DNA of 64,000 nucleotides from a candidate division WOR-3 bacterium (GCA_965648905.1 CBFGIT010000002.1:64001-128000); one strand, 5' to 3'; counted from the stretch's first letter, positions 28,972 through 39,687 are shown. The notes: generated from the sequence alone by a model not told the origin. Program-made: numbers and translations.

Positions 28972-29892
28972 GTGCAGAAGTCGCAGCCGCGCGCGGCCGA
29001 GCCGGATAGGTCGGGTCGCAGTCACATCCGCCAGGTCGAAATCCGGACCCGGCGCCTAGTCAACACGCTCTTTTCCGGGGACTATAAGTCCTCGTTCAAG
29101 GGCCGGGGCATCGAGTTCCTGGATGTCCGCGAGTATCTTCCGGGCGACGACGTCCGGACCATCGACTGGAAGGTAACGGCCCGGTTCGGCCGGCCGTTTG
29201 TCAAGAAGTACGCCGAGGAGCGGGAACTGGTCGTCATCCTGCTGGTCGATGCGTCCGGTTCGGACCGGTTCGGTACGAAGAAGTTGTTCAAGCTCGAACA
29301 GGCCGCCCAGGTAGCAGCAACCCTGGCGTTCTCTGCCATCCGCAACAACGACAAAGTCGGTCTGCTGTTCTTCACCGACCGGGTCGAGAAGTACGTGCCG
29401 GCCCGCAAAGGCCGGGTTCACGTCCTTCGGCTGATTCGCGACATTCTGTTCTTCGAGCCCGAGCACCGGGGTACCGACCCGATTCAGGCGCTTGAGTTCC
29501 TGATGCATGTTGTCAAGCGCCGGGCGATCGTCTTTCTGATTTCGGACTTTGTCGGCGACGGGTTCCGGCCCGAGCTGTTCAAGCGGCCCTTGGGGATTGC
29601 CGCGCGCAAGCACGACCTCGTCGTCGTCTCAGTTAATGACCCGGCGGAGCAGGACCTGCCCCGGCTCGGACTGGTCGAGGTAGAGGACGCGGAAACCGGC
29701 GAGCTCGTTACGATTGACACCCTTGACACGGGCCTGCGCGAACGGTTCCGGCACTACCAGGCCGCGCGTGAACAGGGACTGCAGAGGCTGTTCCGCCAGC
29801 TTGGGGTCGACCGGATTGCGGTTTCGACCCACGACGACTTCACCCGGAAGCTGCATCAGTTCTTCCAGAGACGGGCGCGGCGGTACCGGTAG
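28972..29892 (+). CDS. DUF58 domain protein
   Basis: G.GIEF.DVREY.PGDD.R.IDWKV.AR, ISDF. Confidence 0.9.
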   Translation: MQKSQPRAAEPDRSGRSHIRQVEIRTRRLVNTLFSGDYKSSFKGRGIEFLDVREYLPGDDVRTIDWKVTARFGRPFVKKYAEERELVVILLVDASGSDRFGTKKLFKLEQAAQVAATLAFSAIRNNDKVGLLFFTDRVEKYVPARKGRVHVLRLIRDILFFEPEHRGTDPIQALEFLMHVVKRRAIVFLISDFVGDGFRPELFKRPLGIAARKHDLVVVSVNDPAEQDLPRLGLVEVEDAETGELVTIDTLDTGLRERFRHYQAAREQGLQRLFRQLGVDRIAVSTHDDFTRKLHQFFQRRARRYR

Positions 29893-29904
29893 GGCGAGTT
29901 CAGA

Positions 29905-30936
29905 ATGCAGCAGCCAAAGTGCCGGGCGCAGGACCATCTGAGACTGCTGGTCGCCTGCTGCCTGTTGCTGGCACCTGGCTTTCTGCACGCCGAGTCCGGT
30001 CCTGACTCGGAGGCGACCCCGCAGTTTCGGGTCGTCGCCGGCGGGCCGGTATCGGTTTCGGCCCGAATAAAGCCCCGCCGAGGCGCGAAGCCGCTGACGG
30101 TCGGCGACCAGTTCGAGCTCGAGCTGACCGTGAAGTACCATCGCGATGTCAAGGTATCGCCGCCCGCGAGTCCGGAGTTCGAGCCGTTCCTTGCTCTGGA
30201 CCGGAAGACCGTGACCCGATATGCCGGCGACACCGTCGTCGACGTGCACACCATTAGGCTTGCGGCTTTCAACACCGGCGAGCTCAGGATTCCGCCGTTT
30301 TTCGTGACCTATCCCAAAGAAGGCGAGGTGGTCGCGGCTGCGTCCGACTCGATTCCCCTGACGGTGGTGAGCGTGCTGCCCAAAGAGATGGTGGACGTGA
30401 ACGACATCAAGCCTCAGGTGCAGTTTCCCAACCTGCTGCCGTTGTGGATTCTCCTCGGCATCATCGGAACTGCCGTACTCGTCATCGCTGGTCTCAGGCT
30501 GTACCGGCGCTACCGCCGGGTCCGGCTTTGCGGCGCGCCGCTGCCTGACCCGTGGGACGAGGCGCTGGCCGCGCTGGGAGCGATTCCGGCCTCGGAGTGG
30601 CTGACAAAGGGGCAGGTCAAGCGGTACTACTACACTGTCTCCGAGGTATTGAAGCGCTACCTGACGCGCCGGTTCAACTTCCCAGCCATCGACCAGACCA
30701 CAACCGAAATCATCCGCTCACTGAAGCTCCAGCACGGCAACAAGGCCCAGGACCGTGTTCCCAAGAGCACGGTCGAGGAGTTCGGCCGGTTTTTCCAGCA
30801 GGCTGATTTGGTGAAGTATGCCAAGTACGTCCCGCCGCCGACTGAGACGGCAGCCGCACTCAGCACCGCACGCGGGCTCGTGCAGGCGACGATACCGCAG
30901 CCTGAGCCTGAATCCGGCGTCCCCACCGCAAAATGA
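29905..30936 (+). CDS. Bat-operon membrane-anchored protein (BatD-like N-domain, one TM helix)
   Basis: Lies between DUF58 and batA; VGD, DIKP, TM helix, TT.EI, ADLVKYAK. Confidence 0.75.
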   Translation: MQQPKCRAQDHLRLLVACCLLLAPGFLHAESGPDSEATPQFRVVAGGPVSVSARIKPRRGAKPLTVGDQFELELTVKYHRDVKVSPPASPEFEPFLALDRKTVTRYAGDTVVDVHTIRLAAFNTGELRIPPFFVTYPKEGEVVAAASDSIPLTVVSVLPKEMVDVNDIKPQVQFPNLLPLWILLGIIGTAVLVIAGLRLYRRYRRVRLCGAPLPDPWDEALAALGAIPASEWLTKGQVKRYYYTVSEVLKRYLTRRFNFPAIDQTTTEIIRSLKLQHGNKAQDRVPKSTVEEFGRFFQQADLVKYAKYVPPPTETAAALSTARGLVQATIPQPEPESGVPTAK

Positions 30937-31910
30937 CATTCGCTCATCCTTGGTTCTTCCTCCTGCTGTTTCTGGTTCCGGTGCTGCTCTGGTGGCAGTT
31001 TCGCAAGCGCCGGGCCGCCATGGCCTACAGCGACCTCAGCTTCCTGAAGGCTGCGCCGAACCGGGGACGACTCGGCCGGGTCGTCGTCAACGGCCTGTAT
31101 GCGGTTGCGCTCTGCTTCATGGTTGTGGCGCTGGCCCGGCCTCAGCGTGGACGTCAGTTCCAGGAGGTCGAGACGCGCGGGATTGACATCATGCTCTGCA
31201 TGGACATTTCCGGCTCGATGCAGGCCGAGGACTTCTCGCCCCGCAACCGGCTGGCAGTCGCTAAGGAACGGGCTAAGGAGTTCGTCGCCAAACGCGCCGG
31301 TGACCGAATCGGACTGGTGGTCTTTTCCGCGACCAGTTTGACCCAGTGTCCGCTGACTCCGGACCGGAACATCCTGAACAGCCTGATTGACCGCGTTGAT
31401 TTCGGCATGCTTGAAGACGGCACCGCCATCGGCATGGGCATTGCCAGCGCCGTGGCCCGGCTCAAGGACTCCAAGGCCCGGGACCGAGTCATCGTGCTCC
31501 TCACCGACGGTGTTAACAACGCCGGTGACATCGACCCGCTGACAGCGGCCCAGACCGCAGCGAGCTTCGGCATCAAGATTTACACCATCGGCGTCGGCAG
31601 CAAAGGCCCGGTGCCGTATCCGGTGCAGGACCGGATGTTCGGCCGACGGTATGTCCAGATTCAGATTGACCTGGACACCGAGATACTCAGTCGGATTGCC
31701 GACCTGACCGGCGGCAAGGCTTTTCTTGCGACCGACGCCACCGGGCTTAGACTGATTTACGACGAGATCGACCGCATGGAACCGACGACCTTCAAAGTGA
31801 AGCAGTACACGGTCTACAACGAGCTCGCCGGCATGCCGCTGCTGCTTGCACTCCTGACCGCAGGGCTGGGCATGGGCCTGGCCTTGACCGTGTTCCGGAG
31901 GTTACCGTGA
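30933..31910 (+). CDS. batA: BatA VWA-domain protein
   Basis: F.HPW.LLLL, ALARP, DISGSM MIDAS, PLT.D, LLTDG.NN. Confidence 0.9.
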   Translation: MTFAHPWFFLLLFLVPVLLWWQFRKRRAAMAYSDLSFLKAAPNRGRLGRVVVNGLYAVALCFMVVALARPQRGRQFQEVETRGIDIMLCMDISGSMQAEDFSPRNRLAVAKERAKEFVAKRAGDRIGLVVFSATSLTQCPLTPDRNILNSLIDRVDFGMLEDGTAIGMGIASAVARLKDSKARDRVIVLLTDGVNNAGDIDPLTAAQTAASFGIKIYTIGVGSKGPVPYPVQDRMFGRRYVQIQIDLDTEILSRIADLTGGKAFLATDATGLRLIYDEIDRMEPTTFKVKQYTVYNELAGMPLLLALLTAGLGMGLALTVFRRLP

Positions 31911-31950
31911 GCGCCCGGGGCAACCTGCCCATCGCGACTGGGAAGGCGAT

Positions 31951-33012
31951 GTGCCGATGATTAAGTGGGCCGCGCCAGAGTACCTCTGGCTGCTCCTGGT
32001 GATTCCGGTCGGGCTGCTTCTCGCGCTGCTGGCGGGCCGGTACCGGCAGCGGATGATGGCCCGCTCGGTTGACGCACACCTTGCTCCACGGCTGCTGCCC
32101 TCGTTCTCTCCGACGCTCGCCACGCTCAAGGCCCTGCTGCTGCTTGTTGCCTTGGCCTTCCTAATCCTGGCCGCGGCCCGGCCCAAGTGGGGCGAGAAGC
32201 TCCAGCTCTACCGGGGACGCGGGATCGATGTGGTCATCGCCCTTGATGCGTCCAAGTCGATGTTTGCCGAGGACGTCAAACCGAGCCGGCTCGTTCGGGC
32301 CAAGACCGAGCTTGCGTCGCTGATTGACGGGCTGACCGGGAACAACATCGGTATCGTCGCCTTTGCCGGCGATGCCTACGTGATGTGTCCGCTGACGACC
32401 GATGCGGCTGCTGCCCGAATGTTTCTGGACATCATCGACCCGAACACGATGCCGGTGCCGGGCACTGACTTCGGCCGCGCGATTGACGTGGCCCTCAGTC
32501 TGTTCAATCCCAAAGAGATGACCCACAAAGCACTGGTATTCGTTACCGACGGTGATGACCTGGGCCGCAACACCCCTCAAGCGATCCGCCGAGCCGCCGA
32601 GAACCATGTCCGGATCTACCCGGTCGCGTTCGCCACGCCCCAAGGCGCGCCGATTCCCGAGTACGACGAGCGGGGAACCCTTGTGTCCTACAAGAAGGAC
32701 AAAGACGGCCAGGTCGTGATGTCGAGGATGAACGAACGCGAGCTGATTGTCATGGCTCAGGCAACCGACGGGCGGTTCTACCGGGTCGAGGGGTTCACCG
32801 GCGAACGGCTGCTCGCTGAGCTTGAAACGATGCGCAAGAAGGAACTCGGCGGCGGAACCTACACCGACTACGTGGAACGGTATCAGCTTTTCCTGCTCGT
32901 CGGACTGGTGTTCTTCGTCGCCGGGTTAGGCCTGAGTAACCGCAAAGGGGAATGGTATCGGGTCACAGGTCGAAGTTCAAGCATCACCAGCCAGCATGAA
33001 AGCGCGAACTAG
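31951..33012 (+). CDS. batB: BatB VWA-domain protein
   Basis: AARPKWG, DASKSM.A.D..PSRL, PLTTD, TDG. Confidence 0.9.
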   Translation: MPMIKWAAPEYLWLLLVIPVGLLLALLAGRYRQRMMARSVDAHLAPRLLPSFSPTLATLKALLLLVALAFLILAAARPKWGEKLQLYRGRGIDVVIALDASKSMFAEDVKPSRLVRAKTELASLIDGLTGNNIGIVAFAGDAYVMCPLTTDAAAARMFLDIIDPNTMPVPGTDFGRAIDVALSLFNPKEMTHKALVFVTDGDDLGRNTPQAIRRAAENHVRIYPVAFATPQGAPIPEYDERGTLVSYKKDKDGQVVMSRMNERELIVMAQATDGRFYRVEGFTGERLLAELETMRKKELGGGTYTDYVERYQLFLLVGLVFFVAGLGLSNRKGEWYRVTGRSSSITSQHESAN

Positions 33013-33610
33013 GACTCTGCGACTGCTTGCCGGCGTGTTGCTGGTCAGCGCGACCGCACGGGCCGATGTCGGCAGTCTGATGCGCCGGGGCAACGGGCTT
33101 TTCGCCCGCGGCAAGTACGACGAGGCGCTGGCTAACTACCAGATGGCTGAGGTGCTTGAGCCGGACGCAACCGCGATTCGGTTCAACAGCGGGAACGCGC
33201 TCTTCCGCCTGGGCCGATACGATGAGGCAGTGAAGGAGCTTGAGCTTGCAACGATCGACCGTCGGCCGGTGCGCCGGGCTGATGCTCTGTACAATATCGG
33301 AAACGTGGCGTTCAAGTCGGGCCAGCTCGACGCGGCAATCAAGGCCTACACCATGGCACTGGTCAATAACCCTAAGGACCAGCAGGCAAAGCAGAATCTT
33401 GAGTTCTGCCTGAGGAAGAAAGAAGAACAGCAGCAGGACAGCTCGGGCCAGAACCAGCAGCAGGAGAAACAGCAGCAGGAACAGCAGCAGCCGAGAATGA
33501 GTCAGGACCAGGCCGAGCGGGTGGTGCAGGCGGTCGAGGACAAAGAGAAAGAGCAGCAGAAGAAGCAGCAGCAGGCCGGCGGCCGGCGCAGGGTCGAACA
33601 GGACTGGTGA
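32996..33610 (+). CDS. batC: BatC TPR protein with Gln-rich linker
   Basis: TPR repeats, poly-Q linker, C-terminal DW. Confidence 0.85.
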   Translation: MKARTRTLRLLAGVLLVSATARADVGSLMRRGNGLFARGKYDEALANYQMAEVLEPDATAIRFNSGNALFRLGRYDEAVKELELATIDRRPVRRADALYNIGNVAFKSGQLDAAIKAYTMALVNNPKDQQAKQNLEFCLRKKEEQQQDSSGQNQQQEKQQQEQQQPRMSQDQAERVVQAVEDKEKEQQKKQQQAGGRRRVEQDW

Positions 33611-35385
33611 TGCGAAGGCACGTCCTGGTCGTCCTGTCGGTACCGTTCCTGCTCGTCGCCGCAGAGCTGAGCCTTTCTGCCAGCGTTGACCGCGACCGGG
33701 TCGGGCTGGGCGAGCAGGTCCAACTGACGGTCACGGTCAGCGGCACCAATATCGGCAGCGTGCCCAGGCCCGAGTTGCCATCGCTGCCCGACTTCGACAA
33801 TCTTGGCAGCACGTCGTCCCAATCCACGAGCATCTCCTTCGTCAACGGCCGGATGACACAGGAGCAGACGACCAGCTTCGTCTTCTTCCTGGCTCCCAAG
33901 AAGACCGGTGAACTGACCATCGGGCCGTGCCGGCTTGATTTCAAGGGGACAACGTATCAGACTGAGCCGATCGGGGTCACGGTAACCAAAGAGAGCCAGA
34001 TGCCGGCGCCGAACCGTCAGCCATCGGCCCGGCCGTCGCCTCTTGACTGGGACCCGTTTGGCCGCCCCGAGCCCAGGCGCGGTGGCGCACGCGGTGCGAT
34101 TCACCTCGCGGCGAGTGCGGACCGAACCTCGGTTTTCCAAGGCGAGCCGGTAACCGTCTCGTTCACGTTCTACACCCAGGCGCAGGTGGCGAACCTGAAC
34201 ATGAAGGAGATGCCCGGCTTCACCGGGTTCTGGGTCGAGAAGCTCTTTGATGCCAAGGAACTCAGCTACCGCCGAACCGCTTACAACGGCCAGCAGTACA
34301 ACGCGGCAACTCTGAAGCGGGTCGCGCTTTTCCCGACCCAGTCCGGTGAGCTCAGCGTCGGCAAGATGACGGTCACGGGCGAGCGTATCACGAGCGGCGG
34401 GTTCTTTTTCGACAGCGCTGAGCCATTTGAGGTCTCGTCCGAGCCGATTGCGGTGCAGGTCAAACCCCTGCCCGAGCAGGGCCGGCCTGCCGACTTCTCC
34501 GGCGGCGTGGGCGACTTCAAACTCTCGGCCGCACTGAGCAGGGACAGCTCGGTCGGCGGCGAGCCCGTGACGCTAATCATCAAGGTGACCGGCACGGGTA
34601 ACATCGGGCTGGTTGGCGAGCCGAAACTGGCGCCGATTTCGGGCGTCAAAGTGCTCGCGCCGGAGTCAAAGCTGAACACCAGCACTCAGGACAGCCGGCT
34701 GAGTGGCACGCGGACGTTCAACTATCCGCTGATTCCGACCGCGGACGGCCGGTACTCGGTGCCGGGTGTTTCGATGAGCTTCTTCAACCCGAAGAGCGGG
34801 ACCTACTACACGCTCACAACCCCATCGCGTGAGTTCTTCGCAACCGGGGCGACCGGCAGCGCGGTGCTGAGGGAGACCGAGCGGGGCGTGCGCACTCTGG
34901 GATCGGACATCGCGCACATCAAGTCCGTGGCATCGGTCCGCGTGCCGGGATTTAGCCGCTGGCACTGGCTGTTCTACCCGCTGGGTATCATTCTGCTCGG
35001 GGTCGGCATCGTTGTCGGACAGCATCAGCGTCGGCTCGAACAGGACCGGGGCTACGCCCGCCGCACCCGCTCCAGCCGCCTGGTCCGTCGCCGCCTGGCC
35101 GAGGCCGAATCGTGCATCAGGCAGGGCCGGAGCCGCGAGTATCACGCGGCCCTGCACCGGGCTGTGCTCGGCTATGTCGGCGACCGCTTCAACATCGAGG
35201 CGACCGGCATGACGAGCGACGAAATCAGAGCTGAGCTGGTTCGTCGGGGCGTGGCCGCGGAAGTAGTGGGCGAGTTGCTGAACCTGGCGGCGGAGTGTGA
35301 TGCGGCCCGTTTCTCGCCCGGGCTCGTGGATTGTCAGCCGACCGAGACGCTGGCGCGCGCGCGCCGGATTCTGGAGAGTCTTTGA
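33607..35385 (+). CDS. batD: BatD-family protein
   Basis: Signal peptide, S.SISFVNG, V.V.PLP..P.DFSG.VGDF, operon position. Confidence 0.85.
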   Translation: MMRRHVLVVLSVPFLLVAAELSLSASVDRDRVGLGEQVQLTVTVSGTNIGSVPRPELPSLPDFDNLGSTSSQSTSISFVNGRMTQEQTTSFVFFLAPKKTGELTIGPCRLDFKGTTYQTEPIGVTVTKESQMPAPNRQPSARPSPLDWDPFGRPEPRRGGARGAIHLAASADRTSVFQGEPVTVSFTFYTQAQVANLNMKEMPGFTGFWVEKLFDAKELSYRRTAYNGQQYNAATLKRVALFPTQSGELSVGKMTVTGERITSGGFFFDSAEPFEVSSEPIAVQVKPLPEQGRPADFSGGVGDFKLSAALSRDSSVGGEPVTLIIKVTGTGNIGLVGEPKLAPISGVKVLAPESKLNTSTQDSRLSGTRTFNYPLIPTADGRYSVPGVSMSFFNPKSGTYYTLTTPSREFFATGATGSAVLRETERGVRTLGSDIAHIKSVASVRVPGFSRWHWLFYPLGIILLGVGIVVGQHQRRLEQDRGYARRTRSSRLVRRRLAEAESCIRQGRSREYHAALHRAVLGYVGDRFNIEATGMTSDEIRAELVRRGVAAEVVGELLNLAAECDAARFSPGLVDCQPTETLARARRILESL

Positions 35386-36110
35386 TTCTGATTCTGGTCG
35401 TGCTGTCCTTGAACCGGGCCGAGTACTTCGACCAGGGCAACGCAGCGTACGAAGCCGGAAAGTACGAGCAGGCAGTAGTGCTCTACGACTCAGCGCTGGC
35501 CGCGGGGCCGAGTGCAGGTCTGTACTATAACCGGGGCAATGCCTGGTTCAAGCAGGGGCAGGTCGGTCGGGCAATCGCCGACTATGCCCGCGCGCATGCC
35601 CTTGCGCCCCTGGACCGCGACACCCGGTACAACCTCGCATTCGCCCGCGCCTATCGTCCGGACAAGACTCTGACCGTTGAGAATCCTCTGGGCCGGGTCC
35701 TGACCGAGCTGCTTCGTCCGCTTAACCTGTGGCTTGTGCGGTTTCTCGCCGGGGTTATTTTCTTCGCGGCCATGGCCGCACTCGCGGTCTACCTCGTCAG
35801 TAGCAGGCGGCCTTTGGGCTGGGTCGCTCTTGGTCTGGGTCTTTCGTTCGTGTATTGCGCTGGCGCCTGGTGGAGCTGGTCCGCAGAGGTGAACGCGAGC
35901 CGGACGGTGGTTGTGGTGCCGGAGTTGACGCTGCGGAGCGGTCCGGGCCCGGAGTACAAAGAGATTGCCGTGGTTCACGACGGACTCGAAGGAACGGTCC
36001 GCGAACGCCGGCCTGGATACGTGCTCCTGCAATTCCCGGGCGGGCTCGGCGGCTGGGCCGACACGTCGTCGGTGGAGATTATCCACGGTAGGCCGGTCAG
36101 GAGCCGCTGA
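35382..36110 (+). CDS. batE: BatE (TPR plus SH3b-like domain)
   Basis: TTG start overlapping the batD stop; YYNRGNA TPR, TM helices, LRSGPG...H.G...GW. Confidence 0.8.
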   Translation: MILILVVLSLNRAEYFDQGNAAYEAGKYEQAVVLYDSALAAGPSAGLYYNRGNAWFKQGQVGRAIADYARAHALAPLDRDTRYNLAFARAYRPDKTLTVENPLGRVLTELLRPLNLWLVRFLAGVIFFAAMAALAVYLVSSRRPLGWVALGLGLSFVYCAGAWWSWSAEVNASRTVVVVPELTLRSGPGPEYKEIAVVHDGLEGTVRERRPGYVLLQFPGGLGGWADTSSVEIIHGRPVRSR

Positions 36111-36126
36111 CCGCCCAACTTCCGAA

Positions 36127-37080
36127 TCAGCGGCGGGCAGGCAGGTTGATGAAGACGTCGGTGCCGGTACGGCCGAGCTCATGGCGCAGTTCAGGTTCGG
36201 CGCCGAGCTCGTCCTTGATGAGTCCCACGATTTCCTCAAGCATGTCGTCCGGCAGCGCGCCGTACTTGATGTTCAACTCCTCGTTGGGATCCGGCTGAAC
36301 GTCGTTGGCATCGCTCGTATAGCCTAGTTCGGCAAGCTGCGCCAGCAGCCTGCGGCCGACCTGGGCTTCGGCGCAGAAGACCGTAATGGCGAAGTCGGCC
36401 CGGCTGAGTCCGGAACGGACCGACCCGAAGGGCAGGTTGACGAACAGGTCTTTGTCGTCGCGGGCAAAGACGTGCTGGCGTTCCAGTTCGACACCGAACA
36501 TCGAGTCGGCAAGCGCCGCCACCTCCTCGACGATGTCGTCTGGTGCTGCACCCCACTTCATATTGAAGTCATCGTTGGGTTCGTCGGTGACGTAGTTCTC
36601 GTCGTTAATGTAACCTAGGGCGCGAAGCCGGGCAAGAAACTGCTCGCCCTTTACCCGGTCGTCGGTGAATACCACGATGCGCAGGTCTTCACGGTCTGGC
36701 GGCCGCTCGGTGCGAACCTGCTCGCCTCCCAGATAGATGAAGACCGAGTAGTCGTCGTCTCGAAACGTATGCTCCCGGTCAAGTTCAACATCGAACCGAC
36801 CCTCGACATAGGCCGCGATTTCCTCGACGTAGCTAAGTGGCGCCGCACCCCAGCAGATCGCCGCATCCTTCTCTTCGAGTACTGCGACCTGGTTGTGCGG
36901 GTTGTCGTAACCCCGGTCATCGAGCCAGTCGAGCAGTTCATGACCTTGGTCGCGGTCGTTGGTGAAGACGACGATACGCAAGTCAGAACGCGGCACCGCG
37001 GAGACGACAACATACCTGGTCACGCAGTTGGTCAGCCCCAAGAGAGCAAACGTTATCAGCACGGTCAGGAGTCGCCTCAC
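36127..37080 (-). CDS. Putative lipoprotein with three tandem repeats of about 90 aa
   Basis: Lipobox-like ALLGLTNC; three copies of I.VF...G..LL..L...GY....N.V...(W/Y)GA.P...EE...H...(V/L)F. Confidence 0.7.
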   Translation of the reverse strand: MRRLLTVLITFALLGLTNCVTRYVVVSAVPRSDLRIVVFTNDRDQGHELLDWLDDRGYDNPHNQVAVLEEKDAAICWGAAPLSYVEEIAAYVEGRFDVELDREHTFRDDDYSVFIYLGGEQVRTERPPDREDLRIVVFTDDRVKGEQFLARLRALGYINDENYVTDEPNDDFNMKWGAAPDDIVEEVAALADSMFGVELERQHVFARDDKDLFVNLPFGSVRSGLSRADFAITVFCAEAQVGRRLLAQLAELGYTSDANDVQPDPNEELNIKYGALPDDMLEEIVGLIKDELGAEPELRHELGRTGTDVFINLPARR

Positions 37081-37081
37081 C

Positions 37082-37855
37082 TCAAACCTCCGATTTGCGT
37101 CTCGCGTCGGCCGCAAGGATGAGCTGTTCGGGAAGCCCTTTGAGATTGGGGACTTCCCAGTGTTCGCGGACGTCGCCGATTTCTTCAAGCGCAGTCACGT
37201 GGAATCCGGCCTGGGTGAGGTAGTAGAAGTGGTCGGCAATGGTCCACTGGTAGTCGTACCGTTCGAGACCGGCTGAGCCGGTCCCTGGGTCGGACTGAGA
37301 GCCTTCTTCGCGTTCCCGACACCGTTCAAAGTAGGAGTAGCGCACCCGCGGATGGCCAGGTTCCTGCTTCCAGATGCGTCGGACCGGATGGTACTCGGTC
37401 ACGACCAGTCGACCGGCCGGGCCAAGGATGCGGTAGAGTTCGGCGTAGAGCCGGCCGAGGTCAGGGACCTGAGGCGCAATGTGGGCGGCAAGGGCGAGAT
37501 GGAAGGAATTGTCGGGCAGGGCGGTTAGGGAGCAGAACTCGGACTGGACATAGGCCAGTTCAACGCCGACCAGTTGGGTCTTGACCATGAGCATGTCGAG
37601 ATAGGACTGGGCCGGGTCAATAACCGTAACTCGTGCTCCGAGCGCGGCCAGGGCCAGGGCCGGAGTGCCGTCGCCGATGCCGAGAAGGCAGGTTCTCTTG
37701 CCGGCAATCACGCCGAGGAGTTCGAGTTCGACGCTTGAGAAGGCAAGGGCTGGCATGGTTGTAACCTGGCGCCAGAGTTCTTTGTCGTCCGGGTTGCGCT
37801 GCCAGGTCTGGGCAACCGGGACCCATTCGCGGCGGGGTCTTGTCGGCTGGTTCAC
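37082..37855 (-). CDS. Class I SAM-dependent methyltransferase-like protein
   Basis: LLGIGDG motif I, LPDNSFHL, ELYRILGPAGRLVVTEYHP. Confidence 0.8.
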   Translation of the reverse strand: MNQPTRPRREWVPVAQTWQRNPDDKELWRQVTTMPALAFSSVELELLGVIAGKRTCLLGIGDGTPALALAALGARVTVIDPAQSYLDMLMVKTQLVGVELAYVQSEFCSLTALPDNSFHLALAAHIAPQVPDLGRLYAELYRILGPAGRLVVTEYHPVRRIWKQEPGHPRVRYSYFERCREREEGSQSDPGTGSAGLERYDYQWTIADHFYYLTQAGFHVTALEEIGDVREHWEVPNLKGLPEQLILAADARRKSEV

Positions 37856-38487
37856 TGTCTGGGGCCGATGTGGTAGTCGCGGAGTAGGGTTACGCTGGCG
37901 CCGGTCTCGGCCCGGACCACACCGACGCCCGGCGCAAGCCATTCGGTGCGGGTTTCGACAAGACTGGTGTCGGCCTGGAGGATGCGTCGGGAGTCAACCC
38001 GGTAGCACTGGCAGAACTCGCCGGCCGGCGTGGCGATATCTTCGGCCCCAACAACCCGGGCCCAGACACTGTCGAAGACCGGAACCGTGTCGGTGCCGAG
38101 GAGGATAACCGTGTCGCGGAACGACTCGGCCCAGGACCTGCCGACGACCAAGGGCAGGGCGTAGACAAGCCGGTACTGTTCTTCGAGCACGTATTCGCGA
38201 CCGCTGCGGATGACGGTGCGGCGGACAAGTTGCCGGACTTCGGTCGCGGTCTTGAGCCAGAACTCGGGCGCAAAGTCCCGGAAGACGACCGTCGCCCGTC
38301 GCCCGGCGACCGTGCTGTCCGGGCCGACCGAGTCAACCCGGGCCGGCTCATAAGTCCACGAGGAACCGGACACGAGCGGGAAGTAGTCCTGGCCTGCCCG
38401 GTACATTAGCATGTCTCCGCAGCCGGATAGACCAGCCAGAGCCGGAATCAGAAGCAGAGCCGTGAGCCGGAGGCGGTTAGAAGACAT
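37852..38487 (-). CDS. Hypothetical lipoprotein
   Basis: Lipobox LSGC; YFPL..GSSWTY, TPAG.F..C, W.APGVGVV. Confidence 0.75.
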   Translation of the reverse strand: MSSNRLRLTALLLIPALAGLSGCGDMLMYRAGQDYFPLVSGSSWTYEPARVDSVGPDSTVAGRRATVVFRDFAPEFWLKTATEVRQLVRRTVIRSGREYVLEEQYRLVYALPLVVGRSWAESFRDTVILLGTDTVPVFDSVWARVVGAEDIATPAGEFCQCYRVDSRRILQADTSLVETRTEWLAPGVGVVRAETGASVTLLRDYHIGPRQ

Positions 38488-38998
38488 AAGCTACCCCGGC
38501 ATGGATTTGAGGCAGGGAGGCGAAGGCCAATCGCGTTGTCGCCCCGGCTGTGCGGCGTTCGATGAAGAGCGCCTGCTCGAACCCAAGGTTGAGCCGGGTG
38601 GAACCTTGATGCTGAACCAGGTCCAGCCCGAGATGAGCAGTTGGCGCGCGGCCTGATTCCCGGGCACTGCCCAGGCTGCGGCTGACCAGTGAGAGGCCGG
38701 CTCCGGCTGCGGCTTCAACACCCCAGCCCGGCCGGTGCAGCAGTTCGAACCCGTACCGACCGCCCAGGTCATGCAGGACCAGGCGATAGGGCGATGCTTC
38801 GCGCCCGGTCAACTCGGCAAAGCCGTAGTCGAGCTCGAACCGACTGCGGCCGAACGTGTAACCGAGCGACACACCAAGACCGGGGCCGGCGCGGTGCTGG
38901 ACCTCGAGCCCGGCAGAAGGAAAGACCGTGCCGATGCGGCCGCCGATATCGAGCCCGGCCAGGATTAGCGACATGAGCAGAAGCGAACTCATCACCAA
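38477..38998 (-). CDS. Small outer-membrane beta-barrel-like protein
   Basis: Signal peptide, amphipathic beta strands, C-terminal AGVAYVF. Confidence 0.6.
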   Translation of the reverse strand: MVMSSLLLMSLILAGLDIGGRIGTVFPSAGLEVQHRAGPGLGVSLGYTFGRSRFELDYGFAELTGREASPYRLVLHDLGGRYGFELLHRPGWGVEAAAGAGLSLVSRSLGSARESGRAPTAHLGLDLVQHQGSTRLNLGFEQALFIERRTAGATTRLAFASLPQIHAGVAYVF

Positions 38999-39019
38999 AA
39001 CTGTAGAACATCCGGCCCG

Positions 39020-39585
39020 ATTGTCAAGGTCGTCCGTCGCTCCAACTCCGAGACCGCAACTCGCTTGCCAACTTCAAGACCGCAACTTTCCGGCGCGCTG
39101 CGGTCTGCTCGCCAAGCAAGCGCAGCCGGACTTTCCGCCGTCGCTTCGAGGCATTGGCACCAGGAGCGCTGGTTCAAGGCGACTCGACACCATACCCGTG
39201 TACTCCCGGTGACAGCACGTACTACCAGTTCATCGCTTTACTCGATGACCGCACCCGGGTCTGTCTCGGCGCGGCGATTGTCGAGTACGACAAGGTAAGA
39301 TCGAGCGGTTTCTCGGGACCGTCCAGGTCCAGCTTCCGATCTGGTTCCGACGCTACGGGGTAGCAGACCCTGCCAGCGTTGCGCCCGTGCTCGGGCGGTA
39401 TCTCGGGTACTACAACGGGGTGCGGGTACACCGGGAGCTCGGCTGCCCGCCCTTGGCAAGACTGAAGCTGCTGGCCGGGCAGAGCCGGTTCACCAGACCG
39501 GGCTCTGACATCGACCTCAATCGGGTCTTTGCGCACCGCTACTGGCGCAGGGTGGACCATGTCAACACGGTCCGGCATGACTGCC
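39020..39585 (+). pseudogene. Degraded IS1202/ISNCY-type transposase
   Basis: LVQGDS...IALLDDRTRV in one frame. After a deletion or frameshift: QGKIERFLGTVQ...YYN..R.H...DLNRVFAHRYWRRVDHVNTV. Confidence 0.7.
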
Positions 39586-39687
39586 AGTTTGGCCAACGGC
39601 CGAGGGCGTGGGCGGGTTTGGGAACAGCGGAGGACTCCCGCACGCCAAACTTGACCAAGAGCGCTTTCGACGGTACACTTCCAGTCT

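Noticed and set aside
33421..33575. CAG-rich tract in batC, and the AKKPAA tail of transketolase (about 48750-48830)
   Set aside because: Ordinary low-complexity protein linkers or tails
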